64,000 nucleotides of DNA, taken from the NCBI GenBank assembly GCA_014905635.1, contig JABVCE010000004.1, positions 1,612,001 to 1,676,000 on the forward strand, written 5' to 3'. Source of the DNA: Scenedesmus sp. PABB004. Its lineage: Eukaryota. Of this stretch, positions 1 to 12,484 are shown piece by piece. The position numbers were made by a program, and so were the translations under genes. The notes under the pieces were generated by a model. The model was given only the letters and a program-made list of their open reading frames with translations. It made no database searches and had not been told where the DNA came from. The stretch's first letter is position 1. Every line of letters starts with the position of its first letter.

Positions 1-935
1 GCAGCTGCCGCCGCTGCTGCTGCTGCCGCCGCTGCTGCCGCCGCTGCTGGTGCTGCTGCCGCCAAGCTGCTGCCTCCTGGCGCCGCTGCTGCCACCGCGC
101 GCGCGCGCCGCCGCCGCCGCTGCTGCCGCCGCTGCTGCCGCCGGGCGCCGGCGCACCTCGATGGCGGCGAGGCTGAGGATGATCTCCCCGTACTCGTCCT
201 CCTCCTCGGCCACGATGAACTCGCGCTGCATGCCGGGGCGCAGCACCTCCAGCGGCTGCGGCGGCGGGCGGGCGGCCGGGCGCGTGGGCGGGGCGGGCAG
301 CAGCAGCAGCGGCGGCCGCGCGCGCGCGCAGCAGCGGCGGCCGCCGCCGCGCGCGCCGGCCGCCGCGCGGCCCGCGCCGGCCCGCCCGCGTGCCCGGGGG
401 CCCGGCCGCGGGCTCTCACCGACTTGAGGCGCGCGAGGGAGCACTCGGCGAGGGGGACAAAGCCGGCCGACTTGGCCCCAATCTCGACATACGCGCCGTC
501 CTCGTCCACCTCGTAGACGGTGCCCAGCACCTTCTGCCCCGGGCGGAGGTTGGTCTCGGACGCGGTCTCGAGCAGCTCCTCGACCTCCTGCTCAAACGGC
601 TCGTCGAACGCGACCGCGTCGCTGAGCTCCTCGTAGTCCTGCATCTCGTCGAGGTCCTTCTCCTGCGCTGCGCCGTCCCAGAACAGCATCCAGCTCAGGA
701 GCTCCTCCTGGGCGGCGTCCAGCTCCTCAATCCGGTAGTCCTTGCCGCCCACATCCCCCGATGGCGAGTGCGCCGCAGGGGCCGCGAAGGACGTCTCCTG
801 CTCCTCGATGGCCGCCACCGCCGCCCCACGCTGGCCAAACTTGCGGGCCGCAAACGGGAGCGCGCTGCGCGGCGCGGCGGGCGCCAGCGCGCGGCGGGCG
901 CCGCACACAAGCTGCCTGCGGGCCAGAAGCGCCAT
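1..935 (-). CDS. Plastid-targeted S1-domain protein, 30S ribosomal protein S1-like (5' part; continues beyond window start)
   Basis: Manual translation. Exon 935-420: [22 protein letters not shown] (transit-like)...[44 protein letters not shown], then GTGAG intron. Exon 255-157: [33 protein letters not shown], then GTGCGC donor. This is a typical first S1 repeat of bS1. Confidence 0.8.
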   Translation of the reverse strand, partial: MALLARRQLVCGARRALAPAAPRSALPFAARKFGQRGAAVAAIEEQETSFAAPAAHSPSGDVGGKDYRIEELDAAQEELLSWMLFWDGAAQEKDLDEMQDYEELSDAVAFDEPFEQEVEELLETASETNLRPGQKVLGTVYEVDEDGAYVEIGAKSAGFVPLAECSLARLKSVRARGRAPGHAGGPARAARRPARAAAAAAAARARGRRCCCCPPRPRARPPARRRSRWRCCAPACSASSSWPRRRTSTGRSSSASPPSRCAGARRQQRRQQRRRRRARAVAAAAPGGSSLAAAAPAAAAAAAAAAAAAAA

Positions 936-2374
936 TGCGGCGGCGCGCGGACGCGGGCGGCACGCTCAACACGCTCAACCGAGCGGCGCGGGGTCGGCCG
1001 TTCACGAGAGGGCGCCGCGGGCGGGCGGCGCGGGCTTCGCTCTGCTTGGCAGCGAGAGGTGGGCAGGCGCGCGCGCGGTTTTGGGGCCCTGCTCGCCCAC
1101 CGCTGGGCCCAGGAGCCGCCGCCCGGCGCCCCAGCCAAACCACCATTGCCGCGCGACCGCCCCGGCGTCGCGGCGCGCGCCTCGGGCAGGCGCCGGCGGG
1201 CGGCGCGCGCGCGCGCTGCCCCGCGGTCCCGCAGGGCGCCCGGGCGGTCCAGGGGATCGTCGCGAGCCCGGTGCCAGCGCGAGCCGGTCGCCGCGGGGCG
1301 CCGCGCCGGCGCGGCGGGGCGGTCGGCGGCCGACCGGCGGCCGCCGCTGCTGCCGAGCGCGCGGGGGCGCGCTGGCGCGGCGGCTGCGGGGACGCAGTGC
1401 GCGCCTTGAGTGCGTGCTTTGCCGCTCGCCGCGCCGCCGCCGCCGGCCCGCCCCGATCGCGCCCGCCCGCCGCGGTCGGCGCACCGCGCTGTACAGCGCT
1501 GGTCGCACGTAGTGCACGCGCAGCGGGGGCTCGCCGCGCGGCTGCAGGTCGACGACGCGCCGCGGCTCCGCGGAGGCCGAGTGCGCGCCCGCCGCGGCCC
1601 GAATCAGGGCGGCCCTGGCTGCTCGCGGGCGGGCAGGCGCACGGCGCGGGAGCGGCGGCGGTGCGCGCGCGGCGGCACAGCGGCCCGCCCTCGCGCCGGC
1701 CCATCGCCAGCTTGCGCCCTGGGGCGCTCGCGGGCGGGGCCGGGGCAGCTCGCGAGCGCTCTTCAAGGAGTTGGTTACATTTTCGCAAACAACGCGCCGA
1801 CAGCTTCGCCCCCAGGCCCCCGCACCGCCCGTCGGGCCGCACACACGCCGCCGGCCTCGCGACGAGCAGCTCAGGCAAGCAAGCAGCCCAGCCCCCCCGC
1901 CCGCGCCCGCAGCCGGGCGCAGAGTCCGCTCGCGGCGACCCGCCCCGCCCCTCCCCGGCGCGCGACGGGCAATGCGTGCGCCAGGCCTGCAGAAGACGTC
2001 TTCAAGCGCGGCCTGAGACCGCGCGGCGCGGGGCAGGCGGGCGCAGGGCGCTGAGCTCGGGCCGCCGACGCGGCTGCTGCTCGTCCGCGCCCGGCCCCGG
2101 GCGCCAGCGGGCCGCGGGCATCGTGCCAGGCGGCCGAGGTGGGAGGCGAGCGCCGGCAGCTCTGGGGCTGGGCGCCGCGGCGCCCGGCCGGCCGCGCGGT
2201 GGCGCGGTGGCGGCGGCGCGCGGCGCGGAAACTGCTGCTGCGCGCGCGCCCGCGGGCGCGCGCCCGCGGCGCGCGCCCGCCCGCCGCCGCCGCCGCGCCC
2301 CGCGCCGCTCCCCCCCCCCCCCCCTCCTCAGCGACGCCCGCGCCTGCGCTCACCGCGCCCCGGGCGCGGCGCAG

Positions 2375-5300
2375 ATGGAGGACCCCGGGCCGCAGGCGCC
2401 ACCGGCGGCGGCGGCGGGGGACGCGTACGACGCGCGCTTTGAGTTTGACGCGCCGCGCTTCTACGACTTTGAGGCGATGCGCGAGTCGCCGTGCGACAAG
2501 TGGTTCGACACCGCGCCCGACGGCCCGGGCTGCAAGGCCGACAAGAGTGAGCGGCGCGCGGGGCGCGCGCGCGCGCACGCGGCCGGCGTGAGCGCGCGCG
2601 CGGCCGCGCTCGACCGCGGCGCGCCGCCGTCCCCGCCGCCCGCCCGCCAGGCGCGGCGGTGGTGTCGCGCGAGCCGCTGAAGGCCATCCAGCAGCCCGCG
2701 GAGCAGCAGCAGCAGCAGTCGCCGCAGCCCGCGGCCAGCCCCGAGGCGAAGAAGGCCGCCAACATCGTGACCTCGTGGGGCGGCACGGCGGCAGCAGGCC
2801 AGAAGGCCGCCGCGGGGGCGGGCCAGAAGGCCGCCGCGCCGCCGGCGGGCAAGCCGGCGGCGGTGCTGCCCACGGCGGTCGGCGGCAGGGAGGCGCACGG
2901 CGCGGGCACCTCCGCAGCGGCCGAGGCGCCGCCCGCCGCCCCGCCGGCGGCGGCGGCGGCGGCGGCAGGGGGCGCTGCGCCGCGGGCGCGCAAGAGCCTG
3001 GGCGTCGGCGCGCGCCGCGTCAGCAGCAGCGGCCGCGCCGCCGCCGGTGCCACCGACGGCGACGGCGCCGTGCCACGCAAGGACGGCGCGCGCTCGGAGC
3101 CGCCCGTGACGCGCAGCATGTCGCGCCTCGGCCTGCACCTCTGCTCGCCCGTGCCCGAGGGCCGGGCGCGCCTCGCGGGCAGGTGGGCTGGGCCTGGGCG
3201 GGGCGCAGCGCGGCCGCGCGCCAGGCGCGCGCTGACCGCACGCCCGCCCGCCCGCCCGCCCGCCCGCCCGCCGCCGCCCGCCCGCCCGCCCGCCCGCCCG
3301 CCCGCTGCGCAGCCCGCCCATGACGCGCTCGCGCAAGTGCCAGACGGCGCACAAGGTGTGCGCGCGCTCCGCCCGCGCAGGCGCCGCGCCGCGCCGCCCG
3401 CTGGGGGCGGCGGCTCACCCCCGCCGCGCCGCCGCGCGCGCGCAGCCGCGCCCCGCCTCGGCGCGCACGGCGCCGCTGTCGGTGCAGAAGCTGCACCACG
3501 TGCTCGCGCCCAAGGTCACCAAGCCCCTGCGCAGCACCAAGCCGCTCACGCTGCCGGACGACTTTGAGCTGGAGACCAGCCGGCGCCTCGCGGGCCGCGG
3601 CGCCGCCGCGGACGAGGAGGCGCGTGCCGGCGGCGCGCGCGGGCGCCGGCGCGAGCGCGCGCGCGCTGCCGCGGACCGTTGACACTCCCTCCCTCGCCCC
3701 CCCCCCTCCAGGTGGGCAAGAGCCCCTTCAAGTCGCTGGCCGAGAAGGTGCGCGAGTTCCAGTGCAAGACGCCCGTGCGCTTCAAGTCCAAGCCCGCCAA
3801 GCTGCCGCCGAGCAAGCAGCACGCGTCGATCACGCGCGCCGAGGTGAGGCCACGTCTCCACCAGCGCGCTGGGGCCGCGCCGCCGCGCCCCCCGCGCGCG
3901 CCGCCCACCCCCGCGCCGCGCGCTGTGTGTGCAGTCGCCGCAGCTGATGACGAGCGCGCGCGTGCGGCCGGCGGTGAAGGGCCAGGCGGAGCTGGAGGAG
4001 GAGGAGATGGAGCGCGCGCGCCGCGACGCCTTCCGCGCGCGCCCCGTCGAGTGAGCCCGGGCCGCGGACACGCGCAGCGGCGCGCGGGCGGCCCGCGCGC
4101 TCGCTCGCCGTGCTCTGCGGCCGCGCCGCCGCGCGCCCACCTGTGCCGCCCGCCTCCCCGCCTGCCCCGCAGCACGCGCGTGCTGAGCGGCTCGGGGCAG
4201 CTCGCCGCGCCCAGGGCGGAGCGGCCGCGCACCACGGAGCCGCAGCCCTTCAACCTGCGCAGCGACGGCCGCGCCAAGGCGCGCCGCTCGCACGCGGAGC
4301 ACCCCAGCCTCGACGAGGCGGCGCCGGCGGCCAAGTTCAAGGCGCAGCCGGTCAACAAGAGCATCCTGGACGGCCCGGTGCGCGGCGCGGCTGCCGGCCG
4401 CGCGCCGGCGCGCCCGTCGCCGCCGCGCGCCGACCGCGCCTGCGGCCGCGCCGCGCGGCCGCGCAGACCTTCCGGCCGCAGAAGGAGCGGCACGAGCTGA
4501 CGGTGCCCAAGTCGCCGCTGCTGCGCACCAAGATGCGCTCGAGCACGGTGCCGGTGCGAGCCAGCCCCCAAGCGCGCGCAGCAGCAGCCCTCGCGCACGC
4601 GGCGCCCACGCACACACACTCCGCCGCCGCGCCGCCAGGGCAAGGAGGAGCCGCCCAGGGAGCTGCGCCGTCCCGGCAGCGCCGGCCAGCGCCCCGGCAG
4701 CGCTGGCAGGTGCGTGCCGCCTGGGCTCGGCGGCACGTCGGCGGCGGCTGGCACGGCCGCGCCCGCGCGCCCCCGCCCACCCCGCCACGCCCTGCCCGCC
4801 GCTGCGCCGCAGGCCGGCGTCCGCAGCAGCCGCCGCGAAGCAGCCGCCCGGGCTCACGCAGCCGCGGCCGTTCAGCCTGGCCACGGAGGCGCGCGGCGCG
4901 CAGCACCAGGAGGAGCTGGCCGCCAGGCTCGCGGCGGAGGAGGCGCGCGCACGGCGGCTGCGCCGCGTGACCGCGCGCCCGCTGCCGGTGACGGTCGACG
5001 TGCCCGCCGTGCCGCCCAAGCCGGAGGCCAAGGCGCTCACGCTGCCCGACCCCTTCCCGCTCAAGAGCACGGTGCGCGGCGGCGGCAGCCCGGCCCCGCC
5101 GGCGGCGCGGCAGCGGCCAGCGCGGCCGGCACCGCCACGCGGCGCGCCCCGCCGTCGCGGCACAGGCGCGGCACGAGGAGTACGAGGAGCGCCACCGGCG
5201 CCAGCTGCGGGAGGAGGACGAAGCCGCGCGGCGCGCGGCCGAGTTCAAGGCGCGCCCCGTGCACGCGGGCGGGGGCTTCCTGGTGCATGAGAGCGAGGCG

Positions 5301-5785
5301 CCGCTCACGGTGCCGGTGGACCCCCACCTCGCGACCGACGGCCGCGCGGCGGAGCGCGGCGAGTTTGACGCGCACGTCGCGGCGCGCATGCAGCGCGAGG
5401 AGGTGCGCGCGCCGCGCGGGCGGGGCGGCCCGGGCGCGCCCTCCCGTGCGCGCATGCGCAGCGCCGAGGCCCGCGCGCCGCCGCGCAGGAGGAGCGGCGC
5501 GCCGCGGTGGAGCGCAAGCGCCGGCAGGACGAGGAGGCGGTGCGGGAGTACCGCAAGAAGCTGCGCTTCTCGGTGAGGCCCCGCGTGCGGGCCGCTGCGG
5601 CGGCCCTTCCCCCGTGCGACGGGGCGGCGCGCCGACCGCGGCCCCCGCCCCGCCACCCACCCGCGCGCCCGCAGGCGCGGCCGATGCCGGCGTTTGATGC
5701 GCCGATGTGCGTGCTGCCCTCGGACAAGCCGCTGACCAACCCCAAGACGCCCAACTTCTCCAAGCGGCTCAGGAAGGCCGGCTGA
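2375..5785 (+). CDS. TPX2: TPX2-like microtubule/spindle assembly factor (multi-exon)
   Basis: N-terminal Aurora-binding-type motif [15 protein letters not shown]...KWFD. Repeated T-x-P-x-PF-x-L-x-[ST] and FKAQP/FKARP motifs. C-terminal [16 protein letters not shown]...[14 protein letters not shown], stop at 5783-5785. Confidence 0.85.
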
Positions 5786-6051
5786 GGCGGCGGCGGGGCG
5801 CGGCGGCGGGGGCTGGCTCGCGAGGGGGTGGCATGCGCCGGTTACCTCCCGGCCCGCGTCGCCTGCAGGCGCGGCGCGCGGGCTCGGCGCGCGGCCGCGC
5901 AGGGGCGCGGCGCGAGCACGAGGCGGGCGCAGCAGCCACGCCCCGCCCCAGGGTTTGCTTAAGCCCTGGAGGGCAGGCCGCCCCGTCGCCGCTCGCAACA
6001 GCTGCGACGCCCCGCTGCTGCCAGCGCGGCACACGGGCGGCTGCGCTCCCC

Positions 6052-7208
6052 CTAGACGCTCGGGCCCGCCGCGCGCTGCGCCGCCAGCAGCTCCTGCTGC
6101 TTCTTCAGCAGCTCCTTGACCTCGCCTGCGCAGCAGGGCGGCGCGGCGGCGGTGAGCCGGCGGCGTGCCAGGCGGTGGGCGTCGCGGCACGCGCCGTCTC
6201 CCGCAGCAGCGATCGCGGCGGCCGGTCGCGCTGGGCCCCGCACCCGGCTGCAGCAGCCCGCTCTGCATCTTCTCGACCAGCAGGCCCGCCTCGGGGCGGC
6301 GCAGCAGGCCCTTGACGTTCTGCAGCCCCGTGCCTGCGGCCGGCGCGGCGGCGGCTGAGCCAGGGCGCAGCAGCCGGCGGCGGGGCGCGGCGCGCCGCCC
6401 CCGCCCGGCGGCGGCGCACGCCGCGCCGCGCCGCGCACCGAAGCAGCGCCCGCAGATGCGCGCGCCGCGGCCGTAGCACTGCGGGCACTCGACGAACTCG
6501 TAGCTGTCCTTGGCGCGCTTGCGGCTCAGCGCGCGCCACTTGCCGGTGCCGCCGCACATGTCGCCTGCGCGCCGCGCCACGCGGGCGGGCGTCGTGGGCG
6601 GGGGCGGGGGCGGCGCGCCGCGCCGCGCGCCGCGGCCGCGCGCCGGGGGCACGCACAGGGCGTGATGCCGATGCCGGCGCACTCCAGGCACTTGTTCTCC
6701 AGGTCCATGCCCTCCGCGGCCTCGCCCGCGCCCGGCGCGGCAGCGGACGCCGCCGCGACGAGCGCAGCGGGCACCACCAGCATCATCGACCGCCGGCCCG
6801 GGTTGATCAGCCGCGCCGCCTCCGGCGCGGCGGCCTCCGGCTGCTGCTCGTGCGGCGCGCTGCCGGTGGGCTCGGCGCCTGGAGGCGGGCGGCCGCGGCG
6901 GCGGCGCGGTCGGGCGCGGCGCGGCGCCGTGCAGCAGTCGCGCGCCCGGCGGCGCCGCGCGCGCGGCGGCGGGCGCATGGGCCGCCAGGGCGCGTGATTG
7001 CGCGCCGCACCTGGCGCAGAGGCGGACACGACCACGGGCCGCAGCGCCGGGCGCCTGCAGGCGCAGCCCTGCGCGCAATCGCGGAGCGCATCCGCGCCTC
7101 AGCGCGGGCGGGGGGCCGGCGCGCGGCGCGCGCGGCGCGTGCGAGCCGCAGCCGCACCGCGCTCCCGTGGGCGCCCAGGCGCCGCCCGTGCGCGGCGGAG
7201 AGCGCCAT
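6052..7208 (-). CDS. PSA2: PSA2/EDA3-type DnaJ-like zinc-finger protein (photosystem I assembly)
   Basis: Spliced sequence [80 protein letters not shown] matches the PSA2 signature [29 protein letters not shown]-terminus is transit-peptide-like. Confidence 0.85.
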
Positions 7209-7543
7209 GATCGGCCGCCGCGGCTGGCGCGCGGGCGTGCGGGGGTGAGAACGACGCGGCTTGGCGCTGCGATCGCGGCGGGGGCGTTGTGCCGGGCGTG
7301 GAGGCGGGGAGCGAACAGTCTGCGCCTGCTGCGCTTCTCGTCTGCCCAGACCACGGCGCCAGCTCGTGCGTGCGGCGTGTGACTGTCGCAGCGAGCCGCC
7401 TGCCGCAGCCGGCGCCGCCCTGGCCCGCACGTCCGCCGCCGCCGCGCGGGTCAGCAGCGGCGGCGCGCGCCTGCGCAGCGCGCCGCGCAGGCCCGTGCAC
7501 GGGCGGGCAGCCGCGCGGGAGATACGGGCGTCCGGATCCCCCC

Positions 7544-10452
7544 ATGGCCGCGCCGCAGCTGGTGCGCCCGCCGCCGGCGACGGCGGCGCGGCAGCGCGCG
7601 CCGCGCTGCTCACGCGCGCCGCGCCGCGCCGCAGCTGGCGGGCCTGGTGGAGGCGGAGGAGGTGGAGCCGGCGCCGCCGCCGCCCAACCACCACCACGCG
7701 GCGCCGCCCAACCCGCTGGCGCTCAATTGGCCGTACGAGCACGAACACCGGACCAGCACCATCGCCGCGGAGCCGCCGGCGCTCAGCTTTGCCGGCTTCG
7801 TGCCGGGCGAGCCCCTTGAGCTCACGCTGCGCCTGGTCAACGTGGGTCCGGCGCCGACGCGCGTGGTGGTGGTGCCGCCGGAGCAGGCGCAGCAGGGCTT
7901 CTCGATCGCCTCGCACGCCCGCGCGCCGGGCGGCATCGCGCCGGGCCTGGCCGAGACGCTGGTCGTGCGCTTCTGCGGCGAGGCGCTGCGCCACCACGCT
8001 GACTGCATCCGCGTGCACACCGAGGCGCGCGCGGCGCCCGCGACGGCGGCGGGGGCAGGCGCGCCGCGCCGTGCCGTGCCCGCACGCCACGCCGCCCACA
8101 CCGCGCGCCGCTCGCAGCAGGCGGGCGGGCTGCGCGTGCCGCTGCACGCCTACCCCGTCGCCAGCGGCGCGCGCCTCCCGCGGCGCCTCGACCTCGGGCG
8201 CGTGGCGCTCGGCGAGGCCGCGACGGGCGCGCTGGAGCTGTACTGCGGGGCGGGCCTGGACTTTGACTTTTCCGTGCGCGTCACCAGGGCCAGCCCCGCG
8301 TTCTCGGTGTCGCCGCTGCGCGGCACGCTGCCCGCGCGCGGCGCGGCGACCATCCGCGTGACGTTTGCGCCGACGCGCCTGGCGACCGAGGCGCTGGAGC
8401 TGGAGGTGCGGGGCGCCGACGGCGGGGCCTTGCGACGGCGGCCGCGGCGGGCGGGCGGTCAGCCTGGCGCCGCTGACGCTGCTGCCGGCCGCGCCCAGGT
8501 GCTGGTGTCGGAGTACGCAGCCCAGCCGATGCGTGTCACCGTGACCGGCTCGGCCGCGCCGGGGCTGGCGCGCGAGCGGCTGCTGCTGCAGGCCAGCGGC
8601 GCAGAGGAGGGCGGCGGCGGCGGCAGCAGCCAACCGGGCCCGGCGGGCGGCAGCCCGCGCTGCAGCACCGAGCGCGCCGCGAGCCAGCGGCCGCGCGGCG
8701 GCAGCCCAGGGCGGCGCGGCGGCGCGCCCGCGGCGTCGGCGCAGCAGGCGCCGCGCGGCGGGGTGCTGCCGGCGCTGCCGGGGCGGCGCGGGGGCGGCGA
8801 GGTCGTGCTGGGCGGCGTTCACTTCCCGGCCAACCTGGCGAGCCAGCATGACGTCAACGCTGTGCTGAACGAGCGGCCCGGCAAGCTGCGAACCAAGGAC
8901 GTCAGGGTGGGCGCGGCGCGCGTGGGCTGGCGGCCTGCGGCGGCGGGGCGGGCGGCGGGGCGCGACAGCGAGCGGCGGCGCGCCGACCGCCGCGCCGGTT
9001 CCCGCAGGCGGCCATCGCGGCGCGCAAGCGCGAGCTGGCGGCTGAGGCGGCGGCGCTGGCGGCGGCGCTGGCGGCGGGCGACGCGGCGGGGCTCGACCCG
9101 CTGGACGCGCCGGGCACGGCGCCCGCCGTCAAGGAGGCGATCTTCCGGGCGCAGGCGGCGCAGGCGGGCGCTGGGCACTCCACGCCCACGGGCCTGGTCG
9201 GCCCGGACGGCGCCGGCGCGGTGGTCGGCGAGGACCCGCCCAGCCCCGGCACGGTGGCGCGGCTGGCGGCGGCGCGCAGCGCGGCGCTCGCGGCGCACCG
9301 CAAGGAGCGCGAGCTGGCGGCGACGCGCCGGCGCGAGCTCGGGCTGCGGCGCGACGGCGCGCTGCACGTACTGCCGCCGCCCGCGCAGCTCGCGGGCGCC
9401 GCGCAGCTGCCGCAGCCGCCGGGCTGCCCCGGGCTGGAGGGCTTTGCGCCCGCGTGGCTGCTGGCGGAGGGCGACGAGTGGCGCAAGCGCGTGGCGGCGG
9501 TGGCGCGCTTTGTCGCCGCCGGCCGGGTGGTCATGGCGCGCAACCGCGCGGCCGCGCGCCTCGCCAAGCTCAGGGCCGCCGCAGGTGTGTGTGGGCGGGT
9601 GTGGGCGGGCGGGAGCGGCCTCGCAGGCCGCCGCCCCAGGGCCCTCTCTCCTCCTCTCTGGCCGACCCGCGCCGCCGCCCGCGTGCCGCGCCTGCCTGCG
9701 CGCAGCGGGGCTGCGCGGCGACCGCGCAGGCCTGGCGGCGCAGGAGGCGGCGCCGCCGGGGCAGGAGGTGGCGGCAGGAGCAGGAGGCGGCGGGGTGCAG
9801 CAGCTGGGCGGCAGCGGGGCGCAGCAGCGCGCGGGCTCGGCCGAGCTGCTGCTCCCGGAGCGCGCGCGGCTGCTGGACCTGCCGCTGCCGCGCCCGATGC
9901 GGGAGTCGCGCGCGCGGTGGTCGCGCGCGCCGGTGGCTGAGGGCAGCTACGCCGAGTATGATGAGCTGCAGGCGCAGCCCTACAAGGCGCGGCGTGGCGC
10001 CAGCTGGCAGCAGGGCGGCCGGGCGCGGGCGAGGCGCGCGCGCCCCGACCTGACCTGACCGCCGCCGCGGCGCGGCGCAGGCCGAGTTCGAGTGGCGCCT
10101 GCTGGGCTACGCGCCTGAGGAGCAGCCGGGGCTGACGCCCCACCTTCCGCTGTGCGCGGACCAGCCCCTGCTGCCGGGGCCCTGGGAGGAGTTGCCGGGC
10201 GGCCTGCCGTACGGCCTGCTGCCGCCCGGGCTGGAGCATGGCGCCGTGGAGGGCATGCCGGCGGGGCTCGCGGCGAGCCCGTTTGGCCGGCGCCGCGCGG
10301 GCGGCGCGCGCGGCGGCGCGTTTGCGCCGCGCGCGCCCGCGTGGGGGATCGGCGTCGACGCGTTGCTGCAGCCCCGGGTCCTTCCCGTGTACGACAGTGC
10401 GCTGGCCGAGGCGCCCGGCAGCGCCACCGTACGAGCGTCGGCGGCGTTTTGA
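7544..10452 (+). CDS. FAP221: FAP221/CFAP221 (PCDP1)-like flagellar central-pair protein (multi-exon)
   Basis: Two ASH/Ig-like domains (LSFAGFVPGEPLELTLRLVNVG...GGIAPGLAETLVVRF...DCIRVH..LRVPLHAYPV..LPRRLDLGRVALGE...FDFSV..FSVSPLRGTLPARGAATIRVTFAPT), then HFPANLASQHDVNAVLNERPGKLRTKD, as in PCDP1. 3' exons are less certain. Confidence 0.75.
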
Positions 10453-10731
10453 ACACAATGCCCAGGGTGGTGCTGCCGCGATGCTGATCGAACTGTTCCT
10501 GGTGCGGCGTCACGTGTGCGCGCTACAGCCCGGCGCGCAGCGGCCGCACACGCGACGGCAGCGGCGGCGCACCGCCGTCGAGCAGCGGCGCCGCCGTCGA
10601 GCAGAGCAGGCAGCGGCAGCTGCAGCGAGCGCAGTCGGGTGCGCATTCTCAAGCCTGCCGCGGCACCGCTGCCCGCGCCGGGCAGCCCCTGGCCTCGCAT
10701 CCCTTACGGGGCCGCCGCTGCCGCCGCAGGC

Positions 10732-11260
10732 ATGCCGCATTCGTCGCCGGCGGGCACGCGCCCGCCGGCGGCGCCGACCGGCGCGCCGCTGCCGGCGGTG
10801 CCGTCGCGCAAGCGCCTTGCCAGCAGCGACGGCAGCAGCGCCGACAGCCTGATCGCCTGGGCCAGCCCGCCGCCGCCCGCGAAGCTCGCGCGGCGCGCAG
10901 AGAGCGAGCAGCCGCGCCCCTGGACGCCGGAGGCGCTCAATGCGCTGCTGCGCGGCGCGTCGCCCGAGGACGAGGAGGCCCCGCCGGAGGAGCAGAGCCA
11001 GCGGTCGGCGCTGGACGAGCTGAAGGCGGCGGCGCCGGAGGGCGAGCAGCAGGCGCGGCTGGGGGTGCCAGCTGCGCCCCGCGGCGGCGGCGCCCGGCCG
11101 TACGGCTGGTGGCGCGAGGCCAGCCCGGCGGTGTGGAGCTCGCTCGACTCGCTGCGCCGGCCGCTGCTGCTGGCGCACGGGCGGCTGCCGCCCGGCGGCA
11201 GGCCGTGCGGCTCGCAGCAGCTGCTGCCGCTGCTCGCGCGCGTGCTGCTGGCGCCCTCGC

Positions 11261-11300
<40 letters not shown>

Positions 11301-12431
11301 GCGCGCGCCGCAGCGGGCCGCCCGCGCCGCCGCCGCCGCGGACGGCGGCGCGCTGGAGCAGGCAGTGCGCGAGGCCGCGGCGCTGCTGCCGGCCAAGGGC
11401 GCGGTGTGGGGGGACTACCCCCGTGACGCGCCCGTGGCGAGCTGGGACCCCGCGGGCTACGCTGCGGCGACGGCCGCCGGCGCGGCGCTGCTGGGCGTGC
11501 CGGTGCAGCCGGCGCGCGGCGGCAGGGCGTCGGCCGAGCCGGCGGCGGCGGCGGCGCCGCCGCGCCACGCGCGGCCGCTGCCGCCCGCCGCCGCGACGGC
11601 GGAGCTCGCGGTGCTGGTGCTCGCGCACGAGCCGGGCGTGCCCGCGGCGGCCGCGTGGGAGGCGTGGGAGGCGGCGGCGCGCGGCAGCGTGGTGGTGGCG
11701 GTGCACCTCAAGGCCGGCGTGCCGGCGGGCGCGCCCACGCCCGGCGGCGCGTGGCTGGCGCGGCGCGTGCTCGGCGCGCGCGTCGCGTCGCGCTGGGGCG
11801 ACCTCTCCCTCACGGCCGCGGCGCTCGCGGGCGCGGCGGAGCTGCTGCAGCGCTGCCCGCGGCTGCGCCACGTCGCGCTCGTGTCGGGCCTCGACGTGCC
11901 CGTCGCGCCGCCGCCCGGCCGCGGCGGCGCCAAGGTGTGCGCCGCGCTGCCCGACGGGCTGAGCCTGGTTGGCGGCTTCATGTTTGGCGCGGCGTTTGAC
12001 GCCGCCGCGCGGCGCGTCGCCGCCGCGGCGCTGCGCGCCGAGGGCTACGCGCCCGACGACGCCGCGGCGTGGGGCGGCGCGCTGAGCTTCCACCACACCT
12101 GGGCGGTGCTCAGCCGGCCGCTGCTGCTCGCGCTGCTGTCGCGCCGCGCCGAGCTGCTCGCCGCGGGCGGCCCGCTGCACGCGCGATTCATGGCGCCCGA
12201 CGCGAGCGTGGCGGCGGACGAGTTCCTGCTGCTGACCGCGGCGCAGCGCTACGGCTTTGTGCGCTGCGTCGTGCGCCGCAAGCTGCCCAACTTCCGGTCG
12301 TTCTGCGCGCGCCAGCGCGACGCCGCCGAGGCGGCGCGGCGGCGCGGCGAGCTCGAGGCGGCGCGGCTGCAGCGCCTGCGGCGCACGCTCGTGGCGGGCG
12401 CCCACGCGCGCGCGGGCGCGCGCGGCCGGCC

Positions 12432-12484
<53 letters not shown>

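Noticed and set aside
1000..2340. Possible small gene between the S1 gene and TPX2 (- strand ...RRVVDLQPRGEPPLRVHYVRPALYSA; TGTAA at 1775-1779 on -; palindrome GAAGACGTCTTC)
   Set aside because: No coherent start, exon chain or recognisable domain could be built.
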